Assembly: GCA_036788095.1 (NCBI GenBank)
Contig: DAIQOA010000004.1
Span: 1-59,206, forward strand
Reading direction: 5' to 3'
DNA: 59,206 nucleotides
DNA from: a bacterium
Lineage (GTDB): Bacteria; Zhuqueibacterota; Zhuqueibacteria; Residuimicrobiales; Residuimicrobiaceae
Each line of letters begins with the position of its first letter. Position 1 is the first letter of the stretch. A program made the translations under genes and the position numbers. The notes under the pieces were generated by a model, which was given only the letters and a program-made list of their open reading frames with translations, was not told the DNA's origin and searched no databases. Below, one piece after another: positions 59,153-59,206 of the stretch.

Positions 59153-59206
59153 CGGAGAGGCAGGGATTCGAACCCTGGGTAGGGGTTACCCCCTACAACG
59201 GCTTAG
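59153..59206 (-). tRNA. tRNA-Ser (probably GCT), 5' part outside window
   Basis: ...CTAA-GCCG, long variable arm GTAGGGG-GTAA-CCCCTAC, GGTTCGAATCC, CTCTCC-G 3' end. Confidence 0.85.

Noticed and set aside
53605-59206. tRNA genes as prophage or ICE attachment sites
   Set aside because: No integrase and no duplicated tRNA 3' ends found in the window.

Overview
Chromosomal window from a moderately GC-rich bacterium. Secreted proteins with NYPNPFN-type C-terminal sorting domains and a mitochondrial-like EF-G suggest the FCB superphylum (e.g. KSB1/Calditrichota-like); this is inference. Left part (1-20 kb): RND efflux pair, cydAB, a long minus-strand cluster (degenerate GHMP kinase, GalU-like transferase, DAK2-DegV fusion, plsY, rnz, DMT, GAF/HD-GYP) and a divergent SDR + flavoprotein pair. 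Middle (20-28 kb): a defence locus with type I restriction-modification (hsdR-GxxExxY-hsdM-hsdS) followed by a HigB / HigA-IrrE toxin-antitoxin. This locus carries nine strictly alternating arms of an 8-bp-periodic inverted repeat (TCT-CACRRAGG-CACRRAGG-CACRRAG). The arms flank the GxxExxY nuclease gene, occupy every gene junction from hsdR to hsdS, and sit in frame inside hsdS twice; this is the best candidate for an undescribed mobile or recombination system. Then come a MerR + VIT/vWA pair and an AT-richer hydrolase island (31.4-39.3 kb) bracketed by matching ATGGTA-N4-TACCAT doublets. Right part: an M28 peptidase with an inserted beta-propeller, a UxxC selenoprotein missed by the ORF track, glgC, GT2, deoC, MscS, EF-G1-like fusA + RecA/KaiC-like gene, tRNA-Arg(UCG), a beta-barrel protein with a 120-bp duplication, glnS, tRNA-Gln, gltX and a partial tRNA-Ser.
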